DNA from: Candidatus Omnitrophota bacterium
Lineage (GTDB): Bacteria; Omnitrophota; Gorgyraeia; Zapsychrales; JANLHA01
Assembly: GCA_038222225.1 (NCBI GenBank)
Contig: JBBRHV010000004.1
Location: forward strand, 6,778 to 70,777
DNA: 64,000 nucleotides
Direction of reading: 5' to 3'
A model generated the notes under the pieces. It was not told the DNA's origin and did no database searches. It saw only the letters and a list, made by a program, of their open reading frames with translations. A program made the translations under genes and the position numbers. Shown here one piece after another: positions 20,147 to 29,124 of the stretch. How positions within the stretch are numbered: the stretch's first letter is position 1; each line of letters opens with the position of its first letter.

Positions 20147-21203
20147 CTTTACGCATTTGAAAAAGAAAATTCCGGAATCGACGATCCTTATAAAGGCCGC
20201 AAAAAGCCGCCACTATTTTAGGATCAAACTGTGTTCCGCTATTCTGTTTTAATTCCTCAACAGCTTCCTGAACGGTAAGCTTCTTCCGGTACGGCCGGCC
20301 CTGGATCATCGCTTCAAAAGCATCCACCACCGCCATAATGCGCGCCCCTAACGGAATCTGTTCCTTTTTCAAGCCCGACGGATATCCTGTTCCATCATAC
20401 TTCTCATGATGATATAAGATAATCGGCAAAACCGGTTTCAAAAACTGAACCGGCCGAATCAGGGCAGCACTGCGCGAAGGCATATCCCGGATCACCTTAA
20501 ATTCTTCCGGAGTCAATTGACTTTTCTTCGCTAAAACATCATAGGGAATATCCAAGGCGCCCGCACCCTGCAGAACACTGGCATAATATAAATTCTCAAT
20601 CCCTTTTTGACTCACATGCATCTGCTCTGCCAACGCGTTGGCGACGCTGAAATATACCGGCGCATGTTTGTACGCCAACGGACCCTGCTTCTGAAGAAGC
20701 GTGCCAATCAATTTAATGCTGCTCAAAATCGTTTGCTGCTGCTGTCCTGAAAGCTGTAAATACCGTAACGCGGTGACCGCCTGTTCACCGATCACCGCCA
20801 GCAGTTCCTGATCAAATTCGGTGAAGGCCGGAGACTTTGACGTGCGTTTGACAAAAATAGCACCAACGATGTCATCCGCCACCAACGGCAAACCCAGCAA
20901 TCTCGGTTCAAAAATCGAATACCCTTCGGTCGCGCGTAATTCTTTCTGTGAAATCTGCGCAAGCTCGATTTTCTTTTCCCAAAGAATGTTAATTTTATTA
21001 TTGAAGATGGCCACCATCACCACCTTCTTTTTCTCCGGGTCTAAAATAAAAACCCGCGCAGAATGGGCCTTAATAAATTGACACAAAAGCCTCGTTAACC
21101 GCAACGAAAGCTCTTTCACATTAAAGGTGGAATTCACAAGCCGATACACCATGTGAACGGCCGAAAGAACCTTATGATATTTTTGCGAGGTTGTCAGATT
21201 CAT
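20139..21203 (-). CDS. GAF + degenerate HD-GYP domain protein
   Basis: HHEKYDGTGYP and ARIMAVVDAFEAM are retained, but the HD motif position reads VLQGAG. N-terminal GAF-like region. Confidence 0.85.
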   Translation of the reverse strand: MNLTTSQKYHKVLSAVHMVYRLVNSTFNVKELSLRLTRLLCQFIKAHSARVFILDPEKKKVVMVAIFNNKINILWEKKIELAQISQKELRATEGYSIFEPRLLGLPLVADDIVGAIFVKRTSKSPAFTEFDQELLAVIGEQAVTALRYLQLSGQQQQTILSSIKLIGTLLQKQGPLAYKHAPVYFSVANALAEQMHVSQKGIENLYYASVLQGAGALDIPYDVLAKKSQLTPEEFKVIRDMPSRSAALIRPVQFLKPVLPIILYHHEKYDGTGYPSGLKKEQIPLGARIMAVVDAFEAMIQGRPYRKKLTVQEAVEELKQNSGTQFDPKIVAAFCGLYKDRRFRNFLFQMRKGD

Positions 21204-21210
21204 TATGAAT

Positions 21211-21238
21211 ATTTTAGGATGCTTTAACGAATGTGCAA
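21211..21238 (-). promoter_or_regulatory. Promoter for the HD-GYP gene (leaderless geometry)
   Basis: TTGCAC (21238-21233), 16 nt, TAAAAT (21216-21211), 7 nt, then ATG 21203. Confidence 0.5.
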
Positions 21239-21240
21239 CC

Positions 21241-22407
21241 CTAAACTTTTGTATATGCATTAAAGAAACGCTTATGCTCATCCAAGGCTGCCCGGTCGGT
21301 CATGCCGGCAATGTGATTGCAGATGATCTCGCACTTCTCAATCTCCGCACACTCCCGATTGCGCGGAAACACATCCGGAGGCAGCTGAAACGGCTCATGA
21401 ATATACACCTGAAATAAATCGTTTAAAACCCGTTTGGCCTTGGACGTCATCCTCAAGACACGGTAATGATGATACAGTTTTCGGTTCAACAGATCCTGAA
21501 GCTCATCGCGCAAGGCCCGCATGGCATGGCTAAACCCGATAATCTCACCCCTATGCTTTTTAACTTCCTCCACATTCTTAAAGTTTAATTCTTTAAGACG
21601 CGTATCGGTATGAGCGATCAGATCGCGAACCTGCATATCAATCAAAGCCTTGACAACTTGGTAACGCAGCATGTCCAGATCATTGACCCGGACCGTATCC
21701 CCCAAATGGTCAATAGCCATTTTCCACAATTCACTCGCCATCAAATCTTCCACGGAAATACAGCCGGATTTCAGGCCGTCATCGACATCATGATTGAGAT
21801 AGGCCAATGAATCCGCGCAATCCACCACCTGCGCCTCCAGCGTTGGACCCTCATCCCGGTATTTTTCTAAAAAGCCCGCCTCATCATAATCCGTTTGATG
21901 TTTTAAAATGCCGACCAAAACCTCATGCGTTAAATTCAAACCGTCAAAATCCGGATAACGCTTTTCAAATCGTGTGACGATCTCGAAACTTCTTAAATTG
22001 TGATTAAACCCCTGAGCGCCGCCATCTTTCATAATTCTGTCCAAGGCCTCTTCCCCGGCATGCCCGAACGGCGGATGCCCCAGGTCATGCGCAAGCGCGA
22101 TCGCCTCGACCAGATCCTCATTCAGCTGCAGGGTTCGTCCGACTGATCGGCCGATCTGCGCCACTTCAATCGTATGCGTCAAGCGGGTTCGATAATAATC
22201 TCCTTCAAAAATCACAAAAACCTGAGTTTTATATTCCAACCGACGAAACGCTGCCGAATGAACAATCCGGTCTCGGTCGCGCTGATAACAAGTGCGGAAA
22301 GGATGTGCCGGCTCATCATAATCACGCCCCAACGTCTGACTGCTGCACATGGCATACGGAGCTAAATTTTGTTCTTCCAGATGTTCAAAATCCTGCCTGC
22401 TGAGCAT
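21241..22407 (-). CDS. dgt: dGTP triphosphohydrolase family protein
   Basis: Motifs QRDRDRIVHSAAFRRLEYKTQVF, RTRLTH, HDLGHPPFGHAGE and IAGMTDR. Confidence 0.96.
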   Translation of the reverse strand: MLSRQDFEHLEEQNLAPYAMCSSQTLGRDYDEPAHPFRTCYQRDRDRIVHSAAFRRLEYKTQVFVIFEGDYYRTRLTHTIEVAQIGRSVGRTLQLNEDLVEAIALAHDLGHPPFGHAGEEALDRIMKDGGAQGFNHNLRSFEIVTRFEKRYPDFDGLNLTHEVLVGILKHQTDYDEAGFLEKYRDEGPTLEAQVVDCADSLAYLNHDVDDGLKSGCISVEDLMASELWKMAIDHLGDTVRVNDLDMLRYQVVKALIDMQVRDLIAHTDTRLKELNFKNVEEVKKHRGEIIGFSHAMRALRDELQDLLNRKLYHHYRVLRMTSKAKRVLNDLFQVYIHEPFQLPPDVFPRNRECAEIEKCEIICNHIAGMTDRAALDEHKRFFNAYTKV

Positions 22408-22408
22408 A

Positions 22409-22924
22409 TCACCCTTTCTTAGCTTTTTCACAGACCCTGTGCGCCGACGCCAACCTCTTATACAATTCTTTCAGAGATTGTGAAATGACTTTTGTCTGAC
22501 AGATCACCGGCATGAAATTGATATCGCCTGACCAACGCGGAACAATGTGCATATGAATATGACCGGGCACTCCGGCCCCAGCCGCCTTGCCGATATTCAT
22601 GCCAATATTAAACCCATCCGGCTTCAACTCGCGGACCAGCAGTCCTTTGACATATTCCATCAGATCAAAAAGCTCCAACCGCTCTTCCTGTTTCAATTGA
22701 GAAAGATCCCGGACATGACGATAAGGCACGATCAACGAATGCCCGTTATTGTACGGATAAATGTTTAAAACCGCATAACAATGCGTCCACCGCACAAAAA
22801 CCGCATTCTTTAAATCCGTGTTTTCCTGCGCGATGCGGCAAAACAGACATCCCTTTTTCTTCGTCTTTTGATCGCCGATTATTGTCAAATACTGACTTCT
22901 CCAGGGCGCCCACAATTTATCCAT
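22409..22924 (-). CDS. HIT-domain hydrolase (Ap4A phosphorylase/FHIT-like)
   Basis: Motifs LWAPWR, CLFC, YPYNNGH and HIHMHIVPRW. Confidence 0.93.
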   Translation of the reverse strand: MDKLWAPWRSQYLTIIGDQKTKKKGCLFCRIAQENTDLKNAVFVRWTHCYAVLNIYPYNNGHSLIVPYRHVRDLSQLKQEERLELFDLMEYVKGLLVRELKPDGFNIGMNIGKAAGAGVPGHIHMHIVPRWSGDINFMPVICQTKVISQSLKELYKRLASAHRVCEKAKKG

Positions 22925-23405
22925 GATTCTCCACCTTAATAATTCTAGCCTGAACGTCTTTCCCCAAAACTTCTAACATTCCATACGATCGATACGGGGC
23001 GAATATTTCATCGGTTGGGCTTCCAGGGTTGAAATACAAAACGGACCCAATCCGTTCATTGAACGGCTCATGCGTGTGTCCGAAAATAACGATATCGACC
23101 TTCTCATCGCGGAACTCCTCTTGCACAAATTTCACAACCTGGTCCTTAGGCCCCCGGCCATGCACAACACCGATCCGGCAGCCTCCACAGGTCAGGATAC
23201 AGCGATGGGGAAATTTTTTTCCGATTTTTTCATCATCCATGTTGCCGCAGACACCCTTCACCTCGGCGATCTCCAGCAATTGTCTCAAGCCCGATTCATC
23301 ACACATATCACCGGCCTGAATAATAAAAGCGACCTCCTTAAAATCCCTGACCAACTGTAACGGGAGTTTCTTGGAATGCGTATCCGCAACAACACCAATC
23401 TTCAT
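22917..23405 (-). CDS. YfcE-family metallophosphoesterase
   Basis: Motifs ADTH, AGD, GNMD, VHG, FGHTH and NPGS. Confidence 0.93.
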   Translation of the reverse strand: MKIGVVADTHSKKLPLQLVRDFKEVAFIIQAGDMCDESGLRQLLEIAEVKGVCGNMDDEKIGKKFPHRCILTCGGCRIGVVHGRGPKDQVVKFVQEEFRDEKVDIVIFGHTHEPFNERIGSVLYFNPGSPTDEIFAPYRSYGMLEVLGKDVQARIIKVENHG

Positions 23406-23415
23406 GGTACCGTCC

Positions 23416-25044
23416 TTAAACAATATAGGATTGACCGTATAAATTTAAGAGTGTGTTCAATTCACTCTCATTCCAAATCCACATCCGCTCCTGAAGAGCC
23501 CGAACACGGACATTCTCATCTAAGTCTTCCAATGCAATCAGCACGCAGCGTTCCAGCTTTCGATTGCGCTTCTTTAAATGGGCTGCAATGTTCGCAATTT
23601 CCTGCTCCTGAACAGAGCGACGGGTCAAAAAAACGCACCAATTTCCGGATGATGTGTGCGCATCGATAAACGCAAACGAATCCGGAGAGCCGTCAAGCTT
23701 CTTCAGGGAAGACATCCTATCAAAAACAGGCAGCTTATACCTCCGGCCGTTCATCTGAACTGCCTCATCATCAAAACAATTGAACAGTTCAATAATGCGC
23801 GCCTGGACATCCTTTTTGTTCGCCACCTGGAAACTCTCAACGATCTGACCAAACTCCGTCTCAAACTCTTTCATTTGGCGCTCAAGGCTGCACTCGATCA
23901 TCTGTTGACGCTTATAAAAAACAAACTTCAGCCAGTACCGGAACAAGCGGTCATCAATATAAAAAAGCTTTCCATTTTTTACGACATACCCCACCTCGAT
24001 CAGACGGCTGATTCGCGGAGAAATCTGTGACAGCTTCATATTCATGAGGTGCGCAATATCTTTCGCTTTTTGTTTCCCGTTAGCCAAAACCAAAAGAATG
24101 CGGGCATTCATAACATTACCCTTCAGACACAGTGCGTCCATAAAAAGATCAAAATGCCGGCTGAGAACTCCCCAATGATTAAAGAGAACCCCCTTGATAG
24201 CCTCGGTCAAAACCGGCACGAACACTTCCGTTTGGCCATGCAGGCTGCAATATGTACGCAATTCATGACACACCAGCTTCAAATAAAGAGGCCTTCGCCC
24301 GGTAAAATCAATCAAGAAATCCCGCAAGGAATCACCGAGCTGAATGCCTTGAAGATGGGCCTTAATAAATTCCTGACAGGTGCGGATTGAGAATGGATCA
24401 ACGCGGCGAATTTCAAAATTTCCGAACAGCAAAGAAAGCTTTTCTGAAAGAATGATCTCGGCCACGCTCGGCAACGACGAGGATACAATGTATAAACACT
24501 GTTTTTGAGTCATGATTGTTTTCCCCAGATCCCGATACACATCTGGAATTCCCCAATCATCAAGCGCGTGAAACTCATCAAGCACCAGGACACAAAATAA
24601 ACCCGTTTCAGAAGAAAAGACTTGGGGCAAAGCAATCACGTCCCGATAGGCATCCGCTTGACGGCCATGCGACAAATGAGCTTGTATGCGCCGCACACTT
24701 TTCACCGTGTCAGGCGTCACATCCTGCGCGCTTTCGAGTAAGAGCTTGAGATCTTCATGAGGCGATTGACCGCGGGATTTTAAGAATTGATACAATAACG
24801 AGGACGCGACTTTTTCACAAAATTGCCCAATATCCAGATTTTCCAGATCAACAAAAACCGAAATAATGCTTCGCTGTTCCAAACTATCCAAAAATTTATG
24901 GAGAACGCTGGTTTTCCCGATATATCGTTCACCCAACAGCGCGATATTCTGACGATACCCATCCTTGAAATCCAAAACACGCTTTTTGAGAAGCCCTAAA
25001 ATATCTTCGCGCCCGTAAAATTTATCCAACCCGATCATGACCAT
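23416..25044 (-). CDS. Archaeal-ATPase-like P-loop protein with winged helix and C-terminal alpha/beta domain
   Basis: FYGRE, Walker A GERYIGKT, Walker B VLDEFH, TGRRP (GxP-like) and an HTH/wing segment (KDIAHLMNMKLSQISPRISRLIEVGYV). Confidence 0.8.
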   Translation of the reverse strand: MVMIGLDKFYGREDILGLLKKRVLDFKDGYRQNIALLGERYIGKTSVLHKFLDSLEQRSIISVFVDLENLDIGQFCEKVASSLLYQFLKSRGQSPHEDLKLLLESAQDVTPDTVKSVRRIQAHLSHGRQADAYRDVIALPQVFSSETGLFCVLVLDEFHALDDWGIPDVYRDLGKTIMTQKQCLYIVSSSLPSVAEIILSEKLSLLFGNFEIRRVDPFSIRTCQEFIKAHLQGIQLGDSLRDFLIDFTGRRPLYLKLVCHELRTYCSLHGQTEVFVPVLTEAIKGVLFNHWGVLSRHFDLFMDALCLKGNVMNARILLVLANGKQKAKDIAHLMNMKLSQISPRISRLIEVGYVVKNGKLFYIDDRLFRYWLKFVFYKRQQMIECSLERQMKEFETEFGQIVESFQVANKKDVQARIIELFNCFDDEAVQMNGRRYKLPVFDRMSSLKKLDGSPDSFAFIDAHTSSGNWCVFLTRRSVQEQEIANIAAHLKKRNRKLERCVLIALEDLDENVRVRALQERMWIWNESELNTLLNLYGQSYIV

Positions 25045-25055
25045 AAAATACGCCC

Positions 25056-25730
25056 CTACCGTTTCGGCAAATAAAACAATGGATTATCAGCAACCCCATC
25101 TTTGCGAACTTCAAAATACAAAAAAGAATTCCCGTCTGTCTCCGAAATCTCCGCCAGCTTATCACCCTTAGAAACATAATCATTCAAACGCGCTGTCAGA
25201 CGCGCCGTGCGGGCATAAACCGTCATAAATCCGTCCTGATGATCCACAATCACGACCTGACCATAACCCGTCAGATAATCCGCCAGCACGACCCGCCCTG
25301 CCCGCGAAGACCTCACCGGTGATTTTTCGGGAGCTCGAATCTTGATGCCCTTACTGAAATGCGGGGACGTCCCGCTAAAAAAACCGACCACGTCACCTTC
25401 AACCGGCCATGCAAATTTCAAACGGTCAGGATCTGCACTACGCACATCAAGATCCAAAGACCGTTCTGCCCGGGGAATAAAGATCTTCTGCCCAACCTTA
25501 ATATTCGCGACATCGGCAATCTGATTGGCCTTAATAATTTCCTCGAGTTCCACATGATAGACCTGCGCGATCTGCCAAAGCGTCTGTTCCCTTTCCACCG
25601 TATGATAAATGCCCTGCGGCCGATAACCATAATATTCACCGGGCTGATAAATCACCGGAGCACATCCGCCAACAACAGCACTCAGCAGAACCACGATTGA
25701 TAAAATATTTTTCAGAGAACGGCTCTCCAC
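25056..25730 (-). CDS. LysM + M23 peptidase-domain lipoprotein (NlpD-like)
   Basis: Lipobox VGGC, LysM (HTVEREQTLWQIA) and M23 fold (FAWPVEG, YGQVVIVDH, LYFEVR) lacking the Zn-binding His residues, as in NlpD. The start must be downstream of the tRNA; GTG 25730 is the likeliest. Confidence 0.88.
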   Translation of the reverse strand: MESRSLKNILSIVVLLSAVVGGCAPVIYQPGEYYGYRPQGIYHTVEREQTLWQIAQVYHVELEEIIKANQIADVANIKVGQKIFIPRAERSLDLDVRSADPDRLKFAWPVEGDVVGFFSGTSPHFSKGIKIRAPEKSPVRSSRAGRVVLADYLTGYGQVVIVDHQDGFMTVYARTARLTARLNDYVSKGDKLAEISETDGNSFLYFEVRKDGVADNPLFYLPKR

Positions 25731-25736
25731 GAAAAA

Positions 25737-25810
25737 TGGAGCGAGGGACGGGAATCGAACCCGCGTAGCCAGCTTGGGAAGCTGGAATTCTACCCCTGAA
25801 TTACCCTCGC
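25737..25810 (-). tRNA. tRNA-Gly(CCC)
   Basis: GCGAGGG/CCCTCGC acceptor stem, ATTC/GAAT D-stem, CCAGC-TTCCCAA-GCTGG anticodon arm, GGTTCGATTCC T-loop and encoded CCA. Confidence 0.97.
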
Positions 25811-25843
25811 AAAAATTTTCTCTTCTATCACAAAAAGTCTTCA

Positions 25844-26506
25844 CTATGAGCACTCTTGATCGTTCGTCATGCGATTTGACAGCTTGCTTCGGAATGACCG
25901 AATAACGGATCCCGCATCATCACTCAAACAAACAGCCCTTGTCACAGCGACTCGATTGATGCCTAACGCCGTCACCTGGTCAATATTGTCCAACGTAATT
26001 CCCCCAATTGGAAAAACCGGAATGTGTGATTGAGCCCCTGCAGATTTAAGCACCTCTAACGGCATCGGACTACGTTGGGGTTTCGTCAACGTCTTAAAAA
26101 CAGAACCAAACCCGACATAATCCGCTCCGGCAGCTTCAGCCTGATAAAGATGTTCAATCGTCTGGCATGAAGTGCCAATGACCAACCCGGCTCCCGCGAT
26201 TCTGCGGGCCTCCGCAACAGGAAGATCGTCCTGGCCCAAGTGAACCCCATCACATCCAGCGGCCAAGGCAATATCCAATCGATCATTGACAATGAACAGC
26301 AGTTTTCCTCGCGTTAAATATAATGCATCGCGCACAAACGAGAAAATCTCTTTCGCCGATCCGTTCTTATCACGCAGTTGAACAATGTCTGCTCCGGCAT
26401 CCACACAAAATTTCAACACATCAAACAGCTTTCTATAATCCGCGATCGCGCGATCTAAAACAACATAGACCTTTGCACGGGACAACATATTCATAATATT
26501 ATTCAT
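25844..26506 (-). CDS. thiE: Thiamine-phosphate synthase
   Basis: Motifs VQLRDK, IVNDRLD, GVHLGQDD, TLTK and IGGI. Extended -10 TGGTATAAT at 26527-26519. Confidence 0.95.
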   Translation of the reverse strand: MNNIMNMLSRAKVYVVLDRAIADYRKLFDVLKFCVDAGADIVQLRDKNGSAKEIFSFVRDALYLTRGKLLFIVNDRLDIALAAGCDGVHLGQDDLPVAEARRIAGAGLVIGTSCQTIEHLYQAEAAGADYVGFGSVFKTLTKPQRSPMPLEVLKSAGAQSHIPVFPIGGITLDNIDQVTALGINRVAVTRAVCLSDDAGSVIRSFRSKLSNRMTNDQECS

Positions 26507-26541
26507 AAGAATTACAAAATTATACCAGAAAAACCACGCTT

Positions 26542-26964
26542 TCAAAACGAAAACTTTTCCTGGACTTTGCGTTCAAAATCATAAATTTTATAGCGCGCGC
26601 TTTTCAAATCCTGCGCTTTTTTTCTGTTCACCAGCTTCATGAATTCTTCCAAAACCCGTATGGATTCCTTAACGCGCTGCATATTGGCAAAAAAAATATC
26701 CCGTACATCTTTGCGTCGAAACTCAGTTACTGAAGAGGATTTTCCAACATCACCAACACTATCACGGTTCTTAAGCAATGCCCCACGGCTCAAAGATTTC
26801 TGAATATCCGTTAAAGAATGCCTCACGCTTTTTAAAAACCGTGTCCAGCCCGCCTCATCGCACACAAACCGGGAAATGTCCTCGCAAACCCTCAAGCCTT
26901 CCTTGGCCCGATTGAAGTTGGCATCCAAGACACGAAAAATTTTCTGATCAATGGTTTTTGGCAC
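26542..26964 (-). CDS. Stand-alone ThiD2-like domain protein
   Basis: RVLDANFNRAKEGLRVCED, RDSVGDVG, ANMQRVKESIRVLEEF and RYKIYDFE match the N-terminal domain of cyanobacterial-type ThiE. Confidence 0.85.
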   Translation of the reverse strand: MPKTIDQKIFRVLDANFNRAKEGLRVCEDISRFVCDEAGWTRFLKSVRHSLTDIQKSLSRGALLKNRDSVGDVGKSSSVTEFRRKDVRDIFFANMQRVKESIRVLEEFMKLVNRKKAQDLKSARYKIYDFERKVQEKFSF

Positions 26965-27430
26965 TCTTCTGAATTTTACCGATAATGCGCGTCGTTGATA
27001 AATTCGGGACATACTTGATCAGCTCAACCCGATCGACAAGGTCTGCCCCGGCCACTGTCTTTCCCTTCCAATCCGCACCTTTGATCAAAACATCCGGCCG
27101 GACCGCCCGAATCAGTTCATACGGAGTTTCTTCGTCAAAGATCGTTATAAAATCTACGCAGGCCAGCGCTGCCAAAACCCCGGCGCGGTCTAATTGAGAA
27201 TTCACCGGCCTCTGTGGCCCTTTAATCTTTCGCACGGAACAATCGCTATTTAAGCCAACGATCAAAACCCGATCGTTCTGCTTGGCCTGTTCCAAATAGC
27301 TCACATGACCATAATGCAGAATATCAAAACACCCGTTGGTAAACGCAATCACCCGCTGTTCTTTGCGTAAAACAGCCAGCTTTCGTTTCAACGTCGCAAG
27401 AGTGACGATCTTGTTCTTAGAATTTATCAT
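26948..27430 (-). CDS. rfaE2: D-glycero-beta-D-manno-heptose 1-phosphate adenylyltransferase
   Basis: Motifs FTNGCFDILHYGH, GLNSD.SV, KG..RP, KGADW and STT. Confidence 0.95.
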   Translation of the reverse strand: MINSKNKIVTLATLKRKLAVLRKEQRVIAFTNGCFDILHYGHVSYLEQAKQNDRVLIVGLNSDCSVRKIKGPQRPVNSQLDRAGVLAALACVDFITIFDEETPYELIRAVRPDVLIKGADWKGKTVAGADLVDRVELIKYVPNLSTTRIIGKIQKSAKNH

Positions 27431-27434
27431 TGTT

Positions 27435-27998
27435 TTAAAATTGTTCTTCGACCAACTCACAGATCGCATGTGCAATCGTTATATGCGCCTCTTGAACTCG
27501 CGCCGTGACCTTGGAAGGTACGGCCAGACACAGTTCGACCACCTCCGCCAAACGTCCGCCTCCCTCTCCAGTCAGCGCGATCGTCCTCATGCCCTTTGCT
27601 TGAGCGGCTTGAACAGCCTGAATCACATTTTGAGAATGACCGCTGGTAGAAAGCCCTAAAAAAACATCACCCGGCGCTCCAATCGCCTCGACTTGACGGG
27701 AAAAAACACAATCAAACTGATAATCATTGGATAAACAGGTTAGGATTGAGGTGTCTGTCGTGAGCGCGATGGCAGCCAATGCCCTGCGCTCTTTCTGAAA
27801 ACGACCAACAAACTCTGCGGCAATGTGCTGGCTATCTGCAGCTGAACCTCCGTTGCCGCAAATGAGAAGTTTCTGCCCGTTCTTAAAACAATCCGAAATC
27901 ATTGCAATGGCAGTTTCAATATTCTCCATGTTCTGCGCAAACGCCGCTTCTGTGACCCGAATACTGTCCTGAACAATATCTTGAATGCGATCGTTCAT
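27435..27998 (-). CDS. gmhA: Sedoheptulose 7-phosphate isomerase
   Basis: Motifs CGNGGSAADSQH, FSRQVEA, STSG and RVQEAH. Confidence 0.97.
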   Translation of the reverse strand: MNDRIQDIVQDSIRVTEAAFAQNMENIETAIAMISDCFKNGQKLLICGNGGSAADSQHIAAEFVGRFQKERRALAAIALTTDTSILTCLSNDYQFDCVFSRQVEAIGAPGDVFLGLSTSGHSQNVIQAVQAAQAKGMRTIALTGEGGGRLAEVVELCLAVPSKVTARVQEAHITIAHAICELVEEQF

Positions 27999-28010
27999 AC
28001 CACTACCCCT

Positions 28011-29036
28011 TTAATGAGCAAAAAAGACCGACGCAACATTATAAAGATCCATATCGATGGTCTTGCGCTTCTTTATCGCTTTTTCAATATCCACAGAACC
28101 CAGCTTGCTGTGCTTCAAACTGACCATTTGCCCGAATTTCTGTTCTTTGGCAAGATCAACGGCCTTGACCCCAAACTGCGTCCCAATAATACGGTCATAG
28201 GCGGTCGGAACCCCTCCGCGTTGAATATGGCCCAAAACACTCACGCGTGTTTCATAACCGGTGTTTTTTTCGATTCTCTCAGCTACAAATTCTCCAATAC
28301 CTCCGAAACGGTAATGGCTTATTCTTTTAGCGATCTCTTCCGGAGAAAAACCTTTGATCCTCGCCCCTTCCGCCACCACGACAATGCTGAACGTTTTTCC
28401 GCGGCGATGACGGGCAGTTAAATCCAGACACACAGCATCAAGATCAGATTCTATTTCAGGAATCAAGATCACATCCGCTCCGCCGGCAATCCCTGACTCT
28501 AAAGCGATCCAGCCCGTATACCGTCCCATAACTTCAATAACAATAATCCGATGATGACTTTCAGCTGTCGTATGCAGCCGGTCAATACACTCCGTTGCAA
28601 TATTAACCGCCGTGTCAAACCCAAAGGCATACTCCGTTCCCGAAAGAGCGTTGTCAATGGATTTCGGAACACCGATCACTTTGATATGCCCCTTTTGATA
28701 TAAATCGAGCGCAATGGATAACGTCTGTTCTCCGCCGACAGCGATGAGGGCATCAATACCGCTGCGTTTATAATTTTCAGCAATAGCCGTAACATTGCTG
28801 GGATTCTCCAAAGGATTAATACGGCTTGTTCCCAAAATCGTACCGCCCTTATCCAAGATGCCGGATGTCATGCGCGGATCCAAGATCCTCATGTCATTCT
28901 CGATCAGCCCTTCCCATCCATTCTTTATCCCGGTCACGACATACCCCTCAAACATGCCCTTACGGACAACCGCACGAATCACCGAATTTAATCCCGGACA
29001 ATCCGCCCCGCCTGTAAGAATCCCAATTTTCTTCAT
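28011..29036 (-). CDS. pfkA: 6-phosphofructokinase family protein (group III-like, divergent motifs)
   Basis: Motifs LTGGADCPGLN, GGTILGTSR, PKSIDN, FGFDTA, EVMGR and LGHIQRGG. Confidence 0.9.
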   Translation of the reverse strand: MKKIGILTGGADCPGLNSVIRAVVRKGMFEGYVVTGIKNGWEGLIENDMRILDPRMTSGILDKGGTILGTSRINPLENPSNVTAIAENYKRSGIDALIAVGGEQTLSIALDLYQKGHIKVIGVPKSIDNALSGTEYAFGFDTAVNIATECIDRLHTTAESHHRIIVIEVMGRYTGWIALESGIAGGADVILIPEIESDLDAVCLDLTARHRRGKTFSIVVVAEGARIKGFSPEEIAKRISHYRFGGIGEFVAERIEKNTGYETRVSVLGHIQRGGVPTAYDRIIGTQFGVKAVDLAKEQKFGQMVSLKHSKLGSVDIEKAIKKRKTIDMDLYNVASVFFAH

Positions 29037-29124
29037 AGTCGCCACCTTAATAAGGGTTCAAACAATGTTTATGCCCTGTCTGACTATTCTCTATTCACGC
29101 CCCCAGCAAACTCATCGTTGCTTC

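Noticed and set aside
25737-25810. tRNA-Gly as an integration site for a genomic island
   Set aside because: I noticed no duplicated tRNA 3' end or integrase, and the flanking genes are housekeeping.
25731-25853. N-terminal 41 aa of ORF 25056..25853
   Set aside because: This is a read-through of tRNA-Gly. The true lipoprotein start is downstream of the tRNA.
26507-26541. TPP riboswitch upstream of thiE/ThiD2
   Set aside because: There is no room for one, and no CTGAGA...ACCTGA TPP signature.
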